DNA from: Oceanispirochaeta sp.
Lineage (GTDB): Bacteria; Spirochaetota; Spirochaetia; DSM-2461
Assembly (NCBI GenBank): GCA_963666275.2
Contig: CAXXOA010000001.1
Location: 2,304,001-2,368,000 of the forward strand
DNA: 64,000 bases
Direction: 5' to 3'
Part shown: positions 37,453-47,386 of the stretch, piece by piece
Layout: each line of letters starts with the position of its first letter
Position numbering within the stretch: position 1 is the first letter of the stretch
Notes under the pieces: model-generated
The model's database searches: none
Seen by the model: the letters and a program-made list of their open reading frames with translations, nothing else
What the model was told of the DNA's origin: nothing
Position numbers and translations under genes: made by a program

Positions 37453-40299
37453 TCAATCGATCAGGGAAAGGATCTTTCTCCGCAGCTGTTCACTCATGGA
37501 ACCTTCGGCGAGGGTTTCCATTCGGCCGGAAACGGAGCTCTTTTCTGCAGGAGTGACTGCCCTGTCCAGTTCTCTTTTCAGTTCCTCCAGTGTCTCCAGC
37601 CTCTGTTCCATATCTCGTCTTATCAGACGGGAGGCTATGAACCAGATAGTATCCCCCCGGACAACTTCATATTCACTTCCGTCGGGAAGTTCAAGAAGAT
37701 TCCCGGCCCAGATCCAGTCAGGGTTCTTCCCTTCGAAGACCCTGTAATCCAGATCCCGATAGCCGTTGCGCACCGCAATGTCATTGGAAACAAGATGGAT
37801 ATCCACAAGGGTTATCTGCAGATCATCCATTTTCAGATAGGCCCGGGCCTCCTCTACTGTAACAGGACGCCGTTCGGTTTCAACCACTGGAGGAAGAGAT
37901 GCGGGCTCCTCGGAAGCACTCTCTTCAGATGCGCTCATACTGGTACCGGAGTCACTCTCACCAGGAGCCCCTTCGGTTTCAGACTGAACAGGAAAAGCTG
38001 CGCTTTGATCTTCTGAGGCTTCATTCGCATCAGCCGTTTCAACTCGGGAATCTCCGGAAACCTCGCCGTCGTTCTGACTGACGGCAGCTGAAACACCACC
38101 GTCTTCTCCCGCCATTCCGGGTGTGACCTCCCCGGAACTTCCGGTGCCGTCAATGGCTCCGGATTCACTGACTGTTTCGGCCCCGGAGGCCTTAGTCCCG
38201 GTAGATTCAGCTTCCATCTGCCGGGAGGAATTTCCTTCACTTCCTGACGATTCTGCGGCTCCGTTTTCCTTATCTGACTGGTCTGAATCTGTATTTTCTC
38301 CGGCCGAACCGGCCCCTGAGGATTGAGCAGAACTGTTTTCACCTGAAGATGCCACAGCAGGATTTTCCTGCCGGCCAGCTGCCATGGCTCTTTCACCTTC
38401 AGAATTCGTTATTCTGAAGAAAGCAAAAGTACCGCTTCCCAGCAGGAGGAGGACAAGGAGAATTGCCAGGGGAAGGAGAGATCTCCGTTTTTTTGCCGGA
38501 GCTTTTCTTCCACCGCTTCCCAGAGAGCCTGATTTCCCCAAAGGTCCTGATGAGGAGGGAGAGGACAGGGAGCCCTTCCCTGAAGGAGGAGTCGTCTTAT
38601 TCACCGCTCCCTGATTTGCTGCAGCTGATGCAGCCGTTTTTACCGGTTCGGATTGTCTTTCCGGGCGCCGGGAGTCTGATAGGGAAGCTGCCGCTGAAAG
38701 GGAACTTCCTGTCAGTGAATTGAGCAGACTTTCCAGACGGGCTCTTTCACTCTGATAGAATTTCAGGTCGGGCATCTCAAGATCAGACATACCCTCGGAA
38801 ATTTCTTCCGCCTTTCTCAGATTATAGGGGTTCAGCTTGTGAGTAGATATCCGGTAGAGAACAAAAGGATCTCTGTAACCATGATAAAGGTCTCCCAGAA
38901 CCGGGAGGTAGACGGAGGGAAAATCCCAGGAGGACAGGATTTCCACAAGGGATTCCACGGCACTGCTGTAATCCCCTTTTGCCAATTTCAGAAGCTCCAC
39001 CGCATTGCTGAGGAACAGGTATTCCAGCCCCGGAGTGGATGGTTTGAGGCGGGAAAAAGCTGAGAGGTCAATCTCAGCATCGCTGCCGCTGAGGGCCATC
39101 TCTATTTTTGTTTCCAGAGCGTAGAATGGCTCCCATCGGTCCCGGCTGTCCCAGGCTTCAAGATAGGAGTGCAGAAAACCCAGATACTTGGATGCCATAC
39201 CGACAAGGTCCGGGAGCTTTTTTTCAAGAAGGAGCGGGTATCCCCTGAGAGGAGTAATTTCAATATCCTCCCCTTCTTTGCTCCGCCATACAAGAGTTGT
39301 TCTGTCGGAACTGACATGCCATCCGGATTTTCGGGAAACCTGGGGATCAGATGATCCGAAAGGAATGAAGAGCGCATTGTCCTCACCGAACTGAACCTTG
39401 AGGATCTCCCCTTCAATGGAGGATTTCATATTTCCCTGGGTCCAGTCGGAACCGGACTTCAGAAGCACAGGTTTTACAGGAGAGGAATTTCCAGAACCTC
39501 CATCGGGAAAAAGTCTGACAAGGTGGTCCGGAATTTCCGGGCTGGTTGTCAGAATGGTCAGATCCTTTTTCCGCAAAGCCCTTCTTTTTATATGCTGTAC
39601 AAGGGATTCCCGATGATCATAGCTCATCTGTTCCTGAGGAAGATGGGTAAATACAGAACAGACTTCATCGGGGTCTATCCCCAGAGACGCCAGTTCGGCA
39701 AAAAAATGATTTTCAAGATCCAGAGCCATCCACTCTTTATTGTAAAGATAGAATTTCCCCTTGCCGCTGACAAAAAATCCCGGCTTGTTCAGTTCTTCCC
39801 GGGAGTAGCGCAGAGGGTTATTAACAAGGAGTTTTTTGATTTCATCGCATCGCTGCAGACAGTGTCTGTCCGCGACTTCCCGCTTCTGAAGATCAAAAAG
39901 GAGGTTACCGTCAAAATTGAGATGGATATTCCCGTTGTTGTAAAAATACAGTGTATGCCTGTTACCGCCATCTTTGACCTGTCTGTAATCGGTCAGATCC
40001 CGGGCCGGAAGATTGAGGCTTTGAAAGAATTTGCGGAAATGTTCAATAACGTCCACATCCCCCAGGTAGGATAGTTTGTGACGCCTGGCATATTCGACTT
40101 CCTGGAATGGATTCCCTGTAAAACTGGAAGTTATTATGATGCGTGAGGTAATTTTATGAAGAGCTTCCGGAATATCCGGAATGTTTCCGATTCTCAGGAA
40201 GGGATTTTCATCATCCCGATCGCTGCCGAGATAGATAACATAACACTCCTGGCCCAGTTGAAAAACTCTCTGACTGATATCTCTGCTGCCTGGAATCAT
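37453..40299 (-). CDS. Large bitopic membrane protein: cytoplasmic domain, TM, acidic linker, C-terminal LysM-like domain
   Basis: Single TM LLPLAILLVLLLLGSGTFAFF after KKRR; S/E/G-rich linker; NPDWIWAGNLLELP and YEVVRGDTIWFIA LysM half-motifs; RBS GGAGG. Confidence 0.75.
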   Translation of the reverse strand: MIPGSRDISQRVFQLGQECYVIYLGSDRDDENPFLRIGNIPDIPEALHKITSRIIITSSFTGNPFQEVEYARRHKLSYLGDVDVIEHFRKFFQSLNLPARDLTDYRQVKDGGNRHTLYFYNNGNIHLNFDGNLLFDLQKREVADRHCLQRCDEIKKLLVNNPLRYSREELNKPGFFVSGKGKFYLYNKEWMALDLENHFFAELASLGIDPDEVCSVFTHLPQEQMSYDHRESLVQHIKRRALRKKDLTILTTSPEIPDHLVRLFPDGGSGNSSPVKPVLLKSGSDWTQGNMKSSIEGEILKVQFGEDNALFIPFGSSDPQVSRKSGWHVSSDRTTLVWRSKEGEDIEITPLRGYPLLLEKKLPDLVGMASKYLGFLHSYLEAWDSRDRWEPFYALETKIEMALSGSDAEIDLSAFSRLKPSTPGLEYLFLSNAVELLKLAKGDYSSAVESLVEILSSWDFPSVYLPVLGDLYHGYRDPFVLYRISTHKLNPYNLRKAEEISEGMSDLEMPDLKFYQSERARLESLLNSLTGSSLSAAASLSDSRRPERQSEPVKTAASAAANQGAVNKTTPPSGKGSLSSPSSSGPLGKSGSLGSGGRKAPAKKRRSLLPLAILLVLLLLGSGTFAFFRITNSEGERAMAAGRQENPAVASSGENSSAQSSGAGSAGENTDSDQSDKENGAAESSGSEGNSSRQMEAESTGTKASGAETVSESGAIDGTGSSGEVTPGMAGEDGGVSAAVSQNDGEVSGDSRVETADANEASEDQSAAFPVQSETEGAPGESDSGTSMSASEESASEEPASLPPVVETERRPVTVEEARAYLKMDDLQITLVDIHLVSNDIAVRNGYRDLDYRVFEGKNPDWIWAGNLLELPDGSEYEVVRGDTIWFIASRLIRRDMEQRLETLEELKRELDRAVTPAEKSSVSGRMETLAEGSMSEQLRRKILSLID

Positions 40300-40383
40300 A
40301 AGGACCTCCTACCTTATATCATACAACATAATGAAGCAGAATTATTATTTAGTATACAAGTTTTTTCTATTTGCAAGTTTTTC

Positions 40384-41865
40384 TTACAATTCTGTATTTA
40401 TAAAATTGTAAAGTGGACGGGGAAAATCCCAGGAAGGATCCTGGAATTCATTCCTTTCATGAAGGACTCCCAGATAGAGGATCACATGCCGCAGGACAGA
40501 ATACAGCGTGAGGGTTTTCTCTCTGAGATCGGAGACCTCCATAATGGCGGAACCATTTTTCAGGGGGTGAGACAGCTCCCTGTAGGTACTGTAGAGAAAG
40601 CTCAGACTGCCTGTCATGGCGTCCTGAAAAAGATCATATACCGCATGGAATGCGGGAGAGCGGGTTTCTTCCCAGACCGGCCGGATCTTGCCCCTGTCGT
40701 GAAAGTATTCCATCAGAGTTTCACTCCCCGGGATCCTGCGGTCCCAGAAAATCTCAAGATACTCTTTCACGGCTCCCCAGAGGGACCAGCCGTGAAGGAA
40801 GGCATTCCGCAGAAGATAGTACTCCATGGTTCCCGGTGCGTATCCGGCGACTCCCGGTTTATTCCCTCCCGGATCGGCATAATCGCGGCCGTCGGTATGG
40901 GTAATACCGTCGATAAGCAGAAACCGCCCGGTCCTGTAGAGTTCGGAAAGTCTTCCGAAAGAGACAGAGAGAGATATATAGCGCTTTTTCTGCTGGGGAT
41001 GGATAGTCAGGCTGCCGCTGCTGAACCGGGCCCGGTCTCCGGCGGCGAAATCGCATTTCCGGCAGAATCCGCAGAGATTCAGATAGAGGCTGTGCCGCAG
41101 ACTGAACATGGTGTACTCATGTTCCTGTTCGGAATTGGTAACGATGCTGTGCCGGGGATACTCCTCCTCGGCCTCCAGGAATTCCCGGTCCCTATGAAGT
41201 TCCAGTATTTTTTTGCGGAGGACTAGCCCTTCCTGGGCGGCATCTTCCCCTTCATCTATCCTGTAAGTCAGATGCCAGGCCTCTTTCAGCAGCTCCCGGG
41301 TATTGGAGCCGTTCAGTCTGGCGTAGGCAGTCATAAGCCGGATTTTTTCTGTCAGGACTTCCGGATCATCAGGTTTATACTTCAATGCGGCCTGATAGTG
41401 CCCCAGAGCCTCTATCCCTCTTCCGGAAATGTGGAGGATCCGCCCCAGCCCCAGACGGATTCTATAGGCCAGATGGTCACTCAGATTTTCATAGGAGAGG
41501 GCTTTTTCATAGCACTCACGGGCGCGGAGGAGTTCTTTCCTCTGGTAATATCCGAAATATTCATTGCTGTAGGAGGAAAGGGTGACCATATTGACAAGCT
41601 GATTTGCCAGATTCAGAAAATAGAACGGCGCGAGATCTTCAACTTCAAGAACCTCACTGCCGTGTTTATCCAGGAGATAGAGACCGTACTTCAGAATCTT
41701 CTCATCCCTCAGGATAAAACCGATATCAATAAGGCATTCAATTTTTTTCAGCAGGGACGAAAGATTCTGGACTTCCTGATCAACGATGAGATCAAATGCC
41801 TCCTGATACTGACCGGAGGACATCCTGCTTCGTGCTTTCTGTAACTGAAGGGCAAACTGGTCCAC
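40384..41865 (-). CDS. TPR protein with LA2681-like HEPN-related C-terminal domain
   Basis: TPR-like YEKAL...GRGIEALGHYQAAL; FSLRHSLYLN and YRELSH segments; start uncertain (GTG 41865 or ATG 41823; the ORF-track start 41988 overlaps the divergent gene). Confidence 0.55.
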   Translation of the reverse strand: MDQFALQLQKARSRMSSGQYQEAFDLIVDQEVQNLSSLLKKIECLIDIGFILRDEKILKYGLYLLDKHGSEVLEVEDLAPFYFLNLANQLVNMVTLSSYSNEYFGYYQRKELLRARECYEKALSYENLSDHLAYRIRLGLGRILHISGRGIEALGHYQAALKYKPDDPEVLTEKIRLMTAYARLNGSNTRELLKEAWHLTYRIDEGEDAAQEGLVLRKKILELHRDREFLEAEEEYPRHSIVTNSEQEHEYTMFSLRHSLYLNLCGFCRKCDFAAGDRARFSSGSLTIHPQQKKRYISLSVSFGRLSELYRTGRFLLIDGITHTDGRDYADPGGNKPGVAGYAPGTMEYYLLRNAFLHGWSLWGAVKEYLEIFWDRRIPGSETLMEYFHDRGKIRPVWEETRSPAFHAVYDLFQDAMTGSLSFLYSTYRELSHPLKNGSAIMEVSDLREKTLTLYSVLRHVILYLGVLHERNEFQDPSWDFPRPLYNFINTEL

Positions 41866-41944
41866 AGGAACAGTATACAGAAAAAGATCAGAAATGTCAC
41901 AAAGAACCTTTGGCAGAAAGCTAAGGAACTGTATACTCTTGGGT

Positions 41945-42790
41945 ATGAAAAAATGCACAATACTTTTTGAATTACTCCTTGCTCTCATTCTGATCCTATC
42001 CTGTACCCCCGGTCAGGAGACAGCCGGTCAGACAGAAGAGCCTGCAGCCTCTGTACTGCCTCTGATTCATCCCGATTTTCTATTAACCCTTCCTGATCTG
42101 AAAGAGCTGATTCAGGATCAGCCCGAAGAGATCATCCGGGCCATAATGAACAGGCCCCAGTATTTTCTGGAACTTACAGGCAGACTCCTTGATCTTCCAG
42201 GAAAGACCCTGGTTCTTGTCAATAAAACAGAAGGGATAACAGCCGAAGACAATCCCGGGGATCTGCTGGAACTGGATGACTATAAAGACACTCTTATTCT
42301 GTCGAGACCGGGACACAGTCTGAGACGCCAGGTTCTTCCCAATCTGCTGGCCATGAATGAAGCCGCCCGACAGGAGGGGTTGAGTCTTATGATATCCTCC
42401 ACCTACAGGCCCTATGAATATCAGGAATTCCTTTATAACAGATATGTTGAGCAGGATGGACAGGAAGAGGCGGACCGATATTCCGCCAGACCAGGCCATT
42501 CCCAGCACCAGCTGGGAACCGTCATTGATTTCGGCACCATCGATGAGAGCTTTGCCAAAACTCCTGAAGGGAAATGGCTCTTCGAGCATGCCCGGGAGTA
42601 CGGATTTTCTCTGACCTACCCGAAAGGGCTGGAAGACCTGACCGGTTATATGTGGGAAAGCTGGCATTACAGGTACATAACACCTGTGGGAACAGAGATG
42701 GAAAAGGAGTTTTTCCTGGGAATCCAGGAGTACATGCTCCGGTTCTTTCATGAAAAAAGGGACGAACTGGAAAAGAGCCGGAAAGGCTGA
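41945..42790 (+). CDS. M15B (VanY-like) D-Ala-D-Ala carboxypeptidase lipoprotein
   Basis: Lipobox LILSC; SSTYR, SARPGHSQHQLGTVID, ESWHYRY zinc motifs. Confidence 0.92.
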   Translation: MKKCTILFELLLALILILSCTPGQETAGQTEEPAASVLPLIHPDFLLTLPDLKELIQDQPEEIIRAIMNRPQYFLELTGRLLDLPGKTLVLVNKTEGITAEDNPGDLLELDDYKDTLILSRPGHSLRRQVLPNLLAMNEAARQEGLSLMISSTYRPYEYQEFLYNRYVEQDGQEEADRYSARPGHSQHQLGTVIDFGTIDESFAKTPEGKWLFEHAREYGFSLTYPKGLEDLTGYMWESWHYRYITPVGTEMEKEFFLGIQEYMLRFFHEKRDELEKSRKG

Positions 42791-42825
42791 AAAAAAAGGA
42801 CGGTTTTCTAAACCGTCCTTTTTTT
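42790..42825. terminator. Bidirectional intrinsic terminator
   Basis: A-run + AAGGACGGTTT-TCT-AAACCGTCCTT + T-run between convergent genes. Confidence 0.9.
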
Positions 42826-42841
42826 ATATCTTCAGTTTGAT

Positions 42842-43891
42842 TTACTGAATGGTAAAAGTCTTTACTTCTTCATCATATACTTTCAGAACGTAGGTAGTGC
42901 CGGCTTCTTCAAGATAGGGAAAACTGAAAGTACCTCCTGGATGCTTCATGTCCAGAATCGTTTCTGTTTTACCACCGCTCATCATTTTTTCCACTCTCAG
43001 ATCTACTGAGATGGGATACTCGGGCAGAGACACTTCAAAGAGTCCGAACCTTTCATCGTCATCCAGACGGGATGGCGCATTGACAGTCAGAACAATGGGG
43101 GTCCCCGAAAGGATAACTTCGCCTGCACCGGGGGTCTGTTCCACCACAAGGGATTCTGTCTGATCTGATTCTTCTGTGCTTATGACAAATTCAAAGGGCT
43201 GATTGGATCGGACAAGCCTGTTCAGAGCATCTTCCCATTTGAGGCTTGTATAATCATCCAGCTTGTAGGACTCCCCTATGGGACCGCGGCTGACAACCAT
43301 TTCAATTTCAGTCAGCCCTGTAATCTGGGTTCCCCCTTCGGGTTTCTGAGCCAGAATTGTCCCGGCGGGAGATTCATCAAAAATATAGGTGACAGGTTCT
43401 TTTATGATCAAAAGAGGTTTATACGAGGCAAATAGAGTCTGCAGCTGGGTTTTTACATCCCGGAGATCCTTTCCCAGATAGTCGCCGACCTTGTCGACCA
43501 CAGCCCCTTTGCTTATGGTGAGTTTGACTCGCCGGCCCGCTTTGACAAGACTGCCCGGCTGGGGATCCTGTGAGATAATTCTGTCTTTCTCCATGGGATC
43601 TTCGGTAAACCTGACCTGCACCCTCGGATAGAGTTCCTTTTCCTGAAGGAGGACAAGTCCGTCCACCAGAAGCTCATTGGTCACATCGGGAACCAGTGTT
43701 TTTTCCGCCCCTCTGACTGCTATGAAAAAAGAGAGCATGAACGTCAGAAGCAGCAGCACCATAAGGGCCAGAATTATATAGAGGGTTTTCCGGAAAAAGA
43801 CTTTCTCATCCGGAGACTCGGAGGCTTCCCTGTTGGCAAGAGAATCTTTGACAGGATTATTTTTGAAGGAAAAGTTCCACTTAGGACTCAT
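42842..43891 (-). CDS. PASTA domain-containing membrane protein
   Basis: One TM, then about three PASTA repeats (VPDV...IISQDPQPG; ILAQKPEGG; VVEQTPGAG); start at ATG 43891 after GGGAG. Confidence 0.9.
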   Translation of the reverse strand: MSPKWNFSFKNNPVKDSLANREASESPDEKVFFRKTLYIILALMVLLLLTFMLSFFIAVRGAEKTLVPDVTNELLVDGLVLLQEKELYPRVQVRFTEDPMEKDRIISQDPQPGSLVKAGRRVKLTISKGAVVDKVGDYLGKDLRDVKTQLQTLFASYKPLLIIKEPVTYIFDESPAGTILAQKPEGGTQITGLTEIEMVVSRGPIGESYKLDDYTSLKWEDALNRLVRSNQPFEFVISTEESDQTESLVVEQTPGAGEVILSGTPIVLTVNAPSRLDDDERFGLFEVSLPEYPISVDLRVEKMMSGGKTETILDMKHPGGTFSFPYLEEAGTTYVLKVYDEEVKTFTIQ

Positions 43892-44825
43892 CAGCATCTC
43901 CCAGAACTGAACCGATAAAATCTTTCGAACCATTAAGGAACGATTTGAAGTCCAGTGGTTTTTTTGACTGCAGTTGCAGACGGGTTACCGCCAGCAGTCC
44001 TTGTCCAGTTTTTATCAGAATTCCCTGACCCTTGTCCACCCCCAGAACTTTTCCGACCGGTTCGTCAGAGCTGTCATCTTCCAGATTATGGGCTTCCAGG
44101 ATATTCAGTCTCTGGCCTTTCCAGCTTGTAAAGCCATGAGGCCAGGGGGTATAGGCCCGGATCAGTCGATCCAGAACCGGAGCAGGTTCACTCCAGTTTA
44201 TAAGACCGTCATTTTTTCCGATGAGAGAACAGAAAGTAGCCTTATTATGATCCTGGGGGACCGGAGTAAGACCATTCCGCTCCATCTTATTCACAACATC
44301 CACAAGATACTCCGCACCCAGTTCCGCGACTCGGGCTGTCAGAGAATCACAGGTCTCTCTTTCATGGATTGCAAGAGGTTTCTGCAGAAGGATATCACCG
44401 CTGTCCATCTCCAGAGCCAGGGTCTGTACGGTAACGGCGGTTTCCCGGTCTCCTCTGAGAATGATGCTGTTCAGCGGAGAGGGGCCTCTCAGATCGGGCA
44501 GCTTCGAGGGATGAAGATTTACCCCTCCCCGGGGGAACAGATCCAGAAAGACCTGTCTGAAGATTTTCCCGTAGGCAATACAGACAAGCAGTTCCGGTTT
44601 CAGCGCCTTCACCTGTTCCCGGAGTTCATGATCCAGCTTATGAGGCTGAAGAACCGGAAGATTCAGGGCTTCCCCGGCTTCCTTCACAGGAGAGGGGGCA
44701 ACCTTGCGCCCCCGGCCTTTGGTTTTATCCGGATTGGTAAGAACCCCTACCACTTCATGATGCTCCGCCAGAGCCTTCAGGGAGGGAACAGCGATTTCAG
44801 GTGTACCCGCGAAGAGTATTCTCAT
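43881..44825 (-). CDS. fmt: Methionyl-tRNA formyltransferase
   Basis: FAGTPEIA, NLHPSKLP..RGPSP, MDSGDI. Confidence 0.97.
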   Translation of the reverse strand: MRILFAGTPEIAVPSLKALAEHHEVVGVLTNPDKTKGRGRKVAPSPVKEAGEALNLPVLQPHKLDHELREQVKALKPELLVCIAYGKIFRQVFLDLFPRGGVNLHPSKLPDLRGPSPLNSIILRGDRETAVTVQTLALEMDSGDILLQKPLAIHERETCDSLTARVAELGAEYLVDVVNKMERNGLTPVPQDHNKATFCSLIGKNDGLINWSEPAPVLDRLIRAYTPWPHGFTSWKGQRLNILEAHNLEDDSSDEPVGKVLGVDKGQGILIKTGQGLLAVTRLQLQSKKPLDFKSFLNGSKDFIGSVLGDADES

Positions 44826-45319
44826 TTGGGCTCCAGAGATTTCATATATTTCCTGACCAGTTTTTCCCTTTTTCTGTCGGAAAGATGATCCACAAACATG
44901 ACGCCGTTCAGATGATCATACTCATGCTGAATAACCGTAGCCATCAGTCCGTCAGCTTCCATGGTGAAGGGACGGCCCCGTCTGTTCCAGGCCTGAATCT
45001 GAATGGCCGCCGGTCTTTTGACATCCCCGTACATACCGGGAATACTCAGACAGCCCTCTTCATAGGAGGATAATTCTTCGCTTGTGCCAATAATCTCCGG
45101 ATTGATAAAGAAAAAAGGATTGCCCTTTTCTATCTGCACAACAAAGAATCTCTCATTCCTGCCCACCTGAGGAGCCGCCAGTCCGATACCGACGCCTTCA
45201 ATAGCCTGAACCATCCTGTCCATATATTCGATCAGTTCCTGATCGATCTCTTTCACTTTCTCTGATTTATTTCTAAGAACATTCAGCTGTTCTTCAATAT
45301 CAATTGTGTATATATCCAT
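44822..45319 (-). CDS. def: Peptide deformylase
   Basis: GIGLAAPQVG, EGCLS, QHEYDHL. Confidence 0.98.
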   Translation of the reverse strand: MDIYTIDIEEQLNVLRNKSEKVKEIDQELIEYMDRMVQAIEGVGIGLAAPQVGRNERFFVVQIEKGNPFFFINPEIIGTSEELSSYEEGCLSIPGMYGDVKRPAAIQIQAWNRRGRPFTMEADGLMATVIQHEYDHLNGVMFVDHLSDRKREKLVRKYMKSLEPK

Positions 45320-45403
45320 ATGCCGTTCCTTTCCCGGAGGGAAAAACCCCTTCCTGATTCATTACCAATAGTACTAAAACACTCCCTGTAAAGTCAATTC
45401 TGA

Positions 45404-47386
45404 TTACAGGAGCTGTACCGGATCCACATCGATCTCCCTGTAGACCCCGGAAGGAACCGGGCACATTTCAAGCTGCCTGGCCACCAGATTATGATCCCGG
45501 GAAAATTCATGGGACCGGATCAGCGTATGGAATCTGTAATTCCCGGCAATGACACCCAGGGGACATTCCGCAGGGCCCATGCACTCGGTCACCCCGGCCT
45601 TCCTCAGACGGTCCGTACACTCCTCCAGGCTCTGTAGCACCTTATTCCTCTGTTTTCCCCTATGCACAATTCTGATGAGCCTGGAAAAAGGCGGAAAACC
45701 CAGAACTTCTCTGGCATCCCTTTCATAGCGGTAGAAGGTCTCCCACTCCCCTTCCGCCGCCAGGGCTATTGCCGGATTTTCCGGCCGGAAGGTCTGGATC
45801 AGAACTTCTCCGTCACTGCTGTAGCGTCCGGCCCGGCCGGCGACCTGAACAATCAGTGAAAAAGCCCGTTCCCCCGCCCTGAAATCCGGCAGAGAAAGCC
45901 CCGTATCGGCCAAGACGATCCCCACCAGACGGACACCGGGAAAGTTCAGTCCCTTAGCAACCATCTGAGTTCCCAGGAGGATATCAATACTGCCTTCCCG
46001 GAAGGCGCTGATTGTATCCTGAAGAACACCTTTTTTCCGGGCGGCATCTGTATCCAGCCTGGCAATACGGGCATCGGGAAAGTACCGGGCGACCTCCTCT
46101 TCCACATGTTCCGTACCGAATCCGGCATACCCGACATCGATGGAACCGCAGGAAGGGCAGACTTTCAGAGGATTTTCCTGATAGCCGCAGTAGTGGCAGA
46201 CCATCCTGTTTCTGTTTTTATGATAGGTCATGGGAATACTGCACTGACGGCACTGCATCTCGTACCCGCAGCTCCTACAGTGAAAAAAATAGGAGTGTCC
46301 CCGCCTGTTCAGAAAAAGGATAACCTGCTTCCGGTCCTTAAGGACCTGTTCCATCGCAAGCATCAGTTCATGGGAAAGGAGGCTTTTTGACTGCTTCATA
46401 TCCACGACAGTGACAGTCGGAAGGGATCCTCCGGCCGGTCTGGTTGTCAGCTTGAGAGAGCGGACAGCCCCGGTTTCCATTAGATGCCAGGCTTCCACCG
46501 AGGGTGTGGCGCTTCCCATCACCAGAACAGCCCCTTCCTGGCGGCATCGCTTCATGGCCACCTGCCGGCCGTGATACCGGGGAGTAGAACCGGATTTATA
46601 GGAGTTTTCATGCTCCTCATCAAGAATGATCAGCCCCAGATTTTTCAGGGGGGCGAAAACGGCACTCCTGGCACCGATGACCATCCTGGCCTCTCCGCTC
46701 TGGATCCGTCTCCACTCCTTGAGCTTCTGGGAGGGAGTCAGATGGGAGTGAAGCACAGCCACAGGCACGGGAATCCGGCTTTTCAGAGAGTCCACAAGCT
46801 GATGGGTCAGGGAGATCTCCGGCACCAGATAGAGAATGGTCTTCCCTTCTTCCAGCAGGGCTGAAGCGGCCTGGAGAAAAACCTCGGTCTTGCCTGAACC
46901 TGTGATTCCATGGAGATAGTAGAAGGAGCTTTCTCTTTTCAGGATCTCCTGAAGAGCCTCTTCCTGTTCACCGCTCAAAACGATGGCGGAACCGTCAGCG
47001 ACGGGAGCATCTCCTCCCAGACCCAGAGGGGGAAGATCCTTCTCCTTCCTTCCGCCGGGGAGCATTATGCTCAGAGCCTCTCCCTGAGTGCACAGATAAA
47101 AGAGGCTAATCCACTGGGCCAGATCCAGGAGGGAGTCATCAAACAGGGGCTGATCGTCTACCACCCGTCGGACAGGTTTGACTTCAGAAAGGCCTTCCGG
47201 CAGGGAGTCTGTCTCGCCGGTAATCCATCCGGTCAGCTCCCGCCGGCCGAAAGGAGCTGTGACGCGGCATCCTATGAGTTCCCGGGATTCTCTGTTGAAG
47301 TCTTCGGGAAGAGAATAGGTATACACGCCGTCCAGAGGCAGATTGAAGACAACTTCAATATACCGGGGAGTTTCAGTTCCGGGCAT
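45404..47386 (-). CDS. priA: Primosomal protein N'
   Basis: GITGSGKTE, DEEH, SATP, Zn-binding CxxC pairs, QVAGRAGR. Confidence 0.97.
   Translation of the reverse strand: MPGTETPRYIEVVFNLPLDGVYTYSLPEDFNRESRELIGCRVTAPFGRRELTGWITGETDSLPEGLSEVKPVRRVVDDQPLFDDSLLDLAQWISLFYLCTQGEALSIMLPGGRKEKDLPPLGLGGDAPVADGSAIVLSGEQEEALQEILKRESSFYYLHGITGSGKTEVFLQAASALLEEGKTILYLVPEISLTHQLVDSLKSRIPVPVAVLHSHLTPSQKLKEWRRIQSGEARMVIGARSAVFAPLKNLGLIILDEEHENSYKSGSTPRYHGRQVAMKRCRQEGAVLVMGSATPSVEAWHLMETGAVRSLKLTTRPAGGSLPTVTVVDMKQSKSLLSHELMLAMEQVLKDRKQVILFLNRRGHSYFFHCRSCGYEMQCRQCSIPMTYHKNRNRMVCHYCGYQENPLKVCPSCGSIDVGYAGFGTEHVEEEVARYFPDARIARLDTDAARKKGVLQDTISAFREGSIDILLGTQMVAKGLNFPGVRLVGIVLADTGLSLPDFRAGERAFSLIVQVAGRAGRYSSDGEVLIQTFRPENPAIALAAEGEWETFYRYERDAREVLGFPPFSRLIRIVHRGKQRNKVLQSLEECTDRLRKAGVTECMGPAECPLGVIAGNYRFHTLIRSHEFSRDHNLVARQLEMCPVPSGVYREIDVDPVQLL

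Noticed and set aside
41945..42790. VanY as a vancomycin-resistance determinant
   Set aside because: No vanA/H/X/R/S genes nearby; a housekeeping M15B lipoprotein is more likely.
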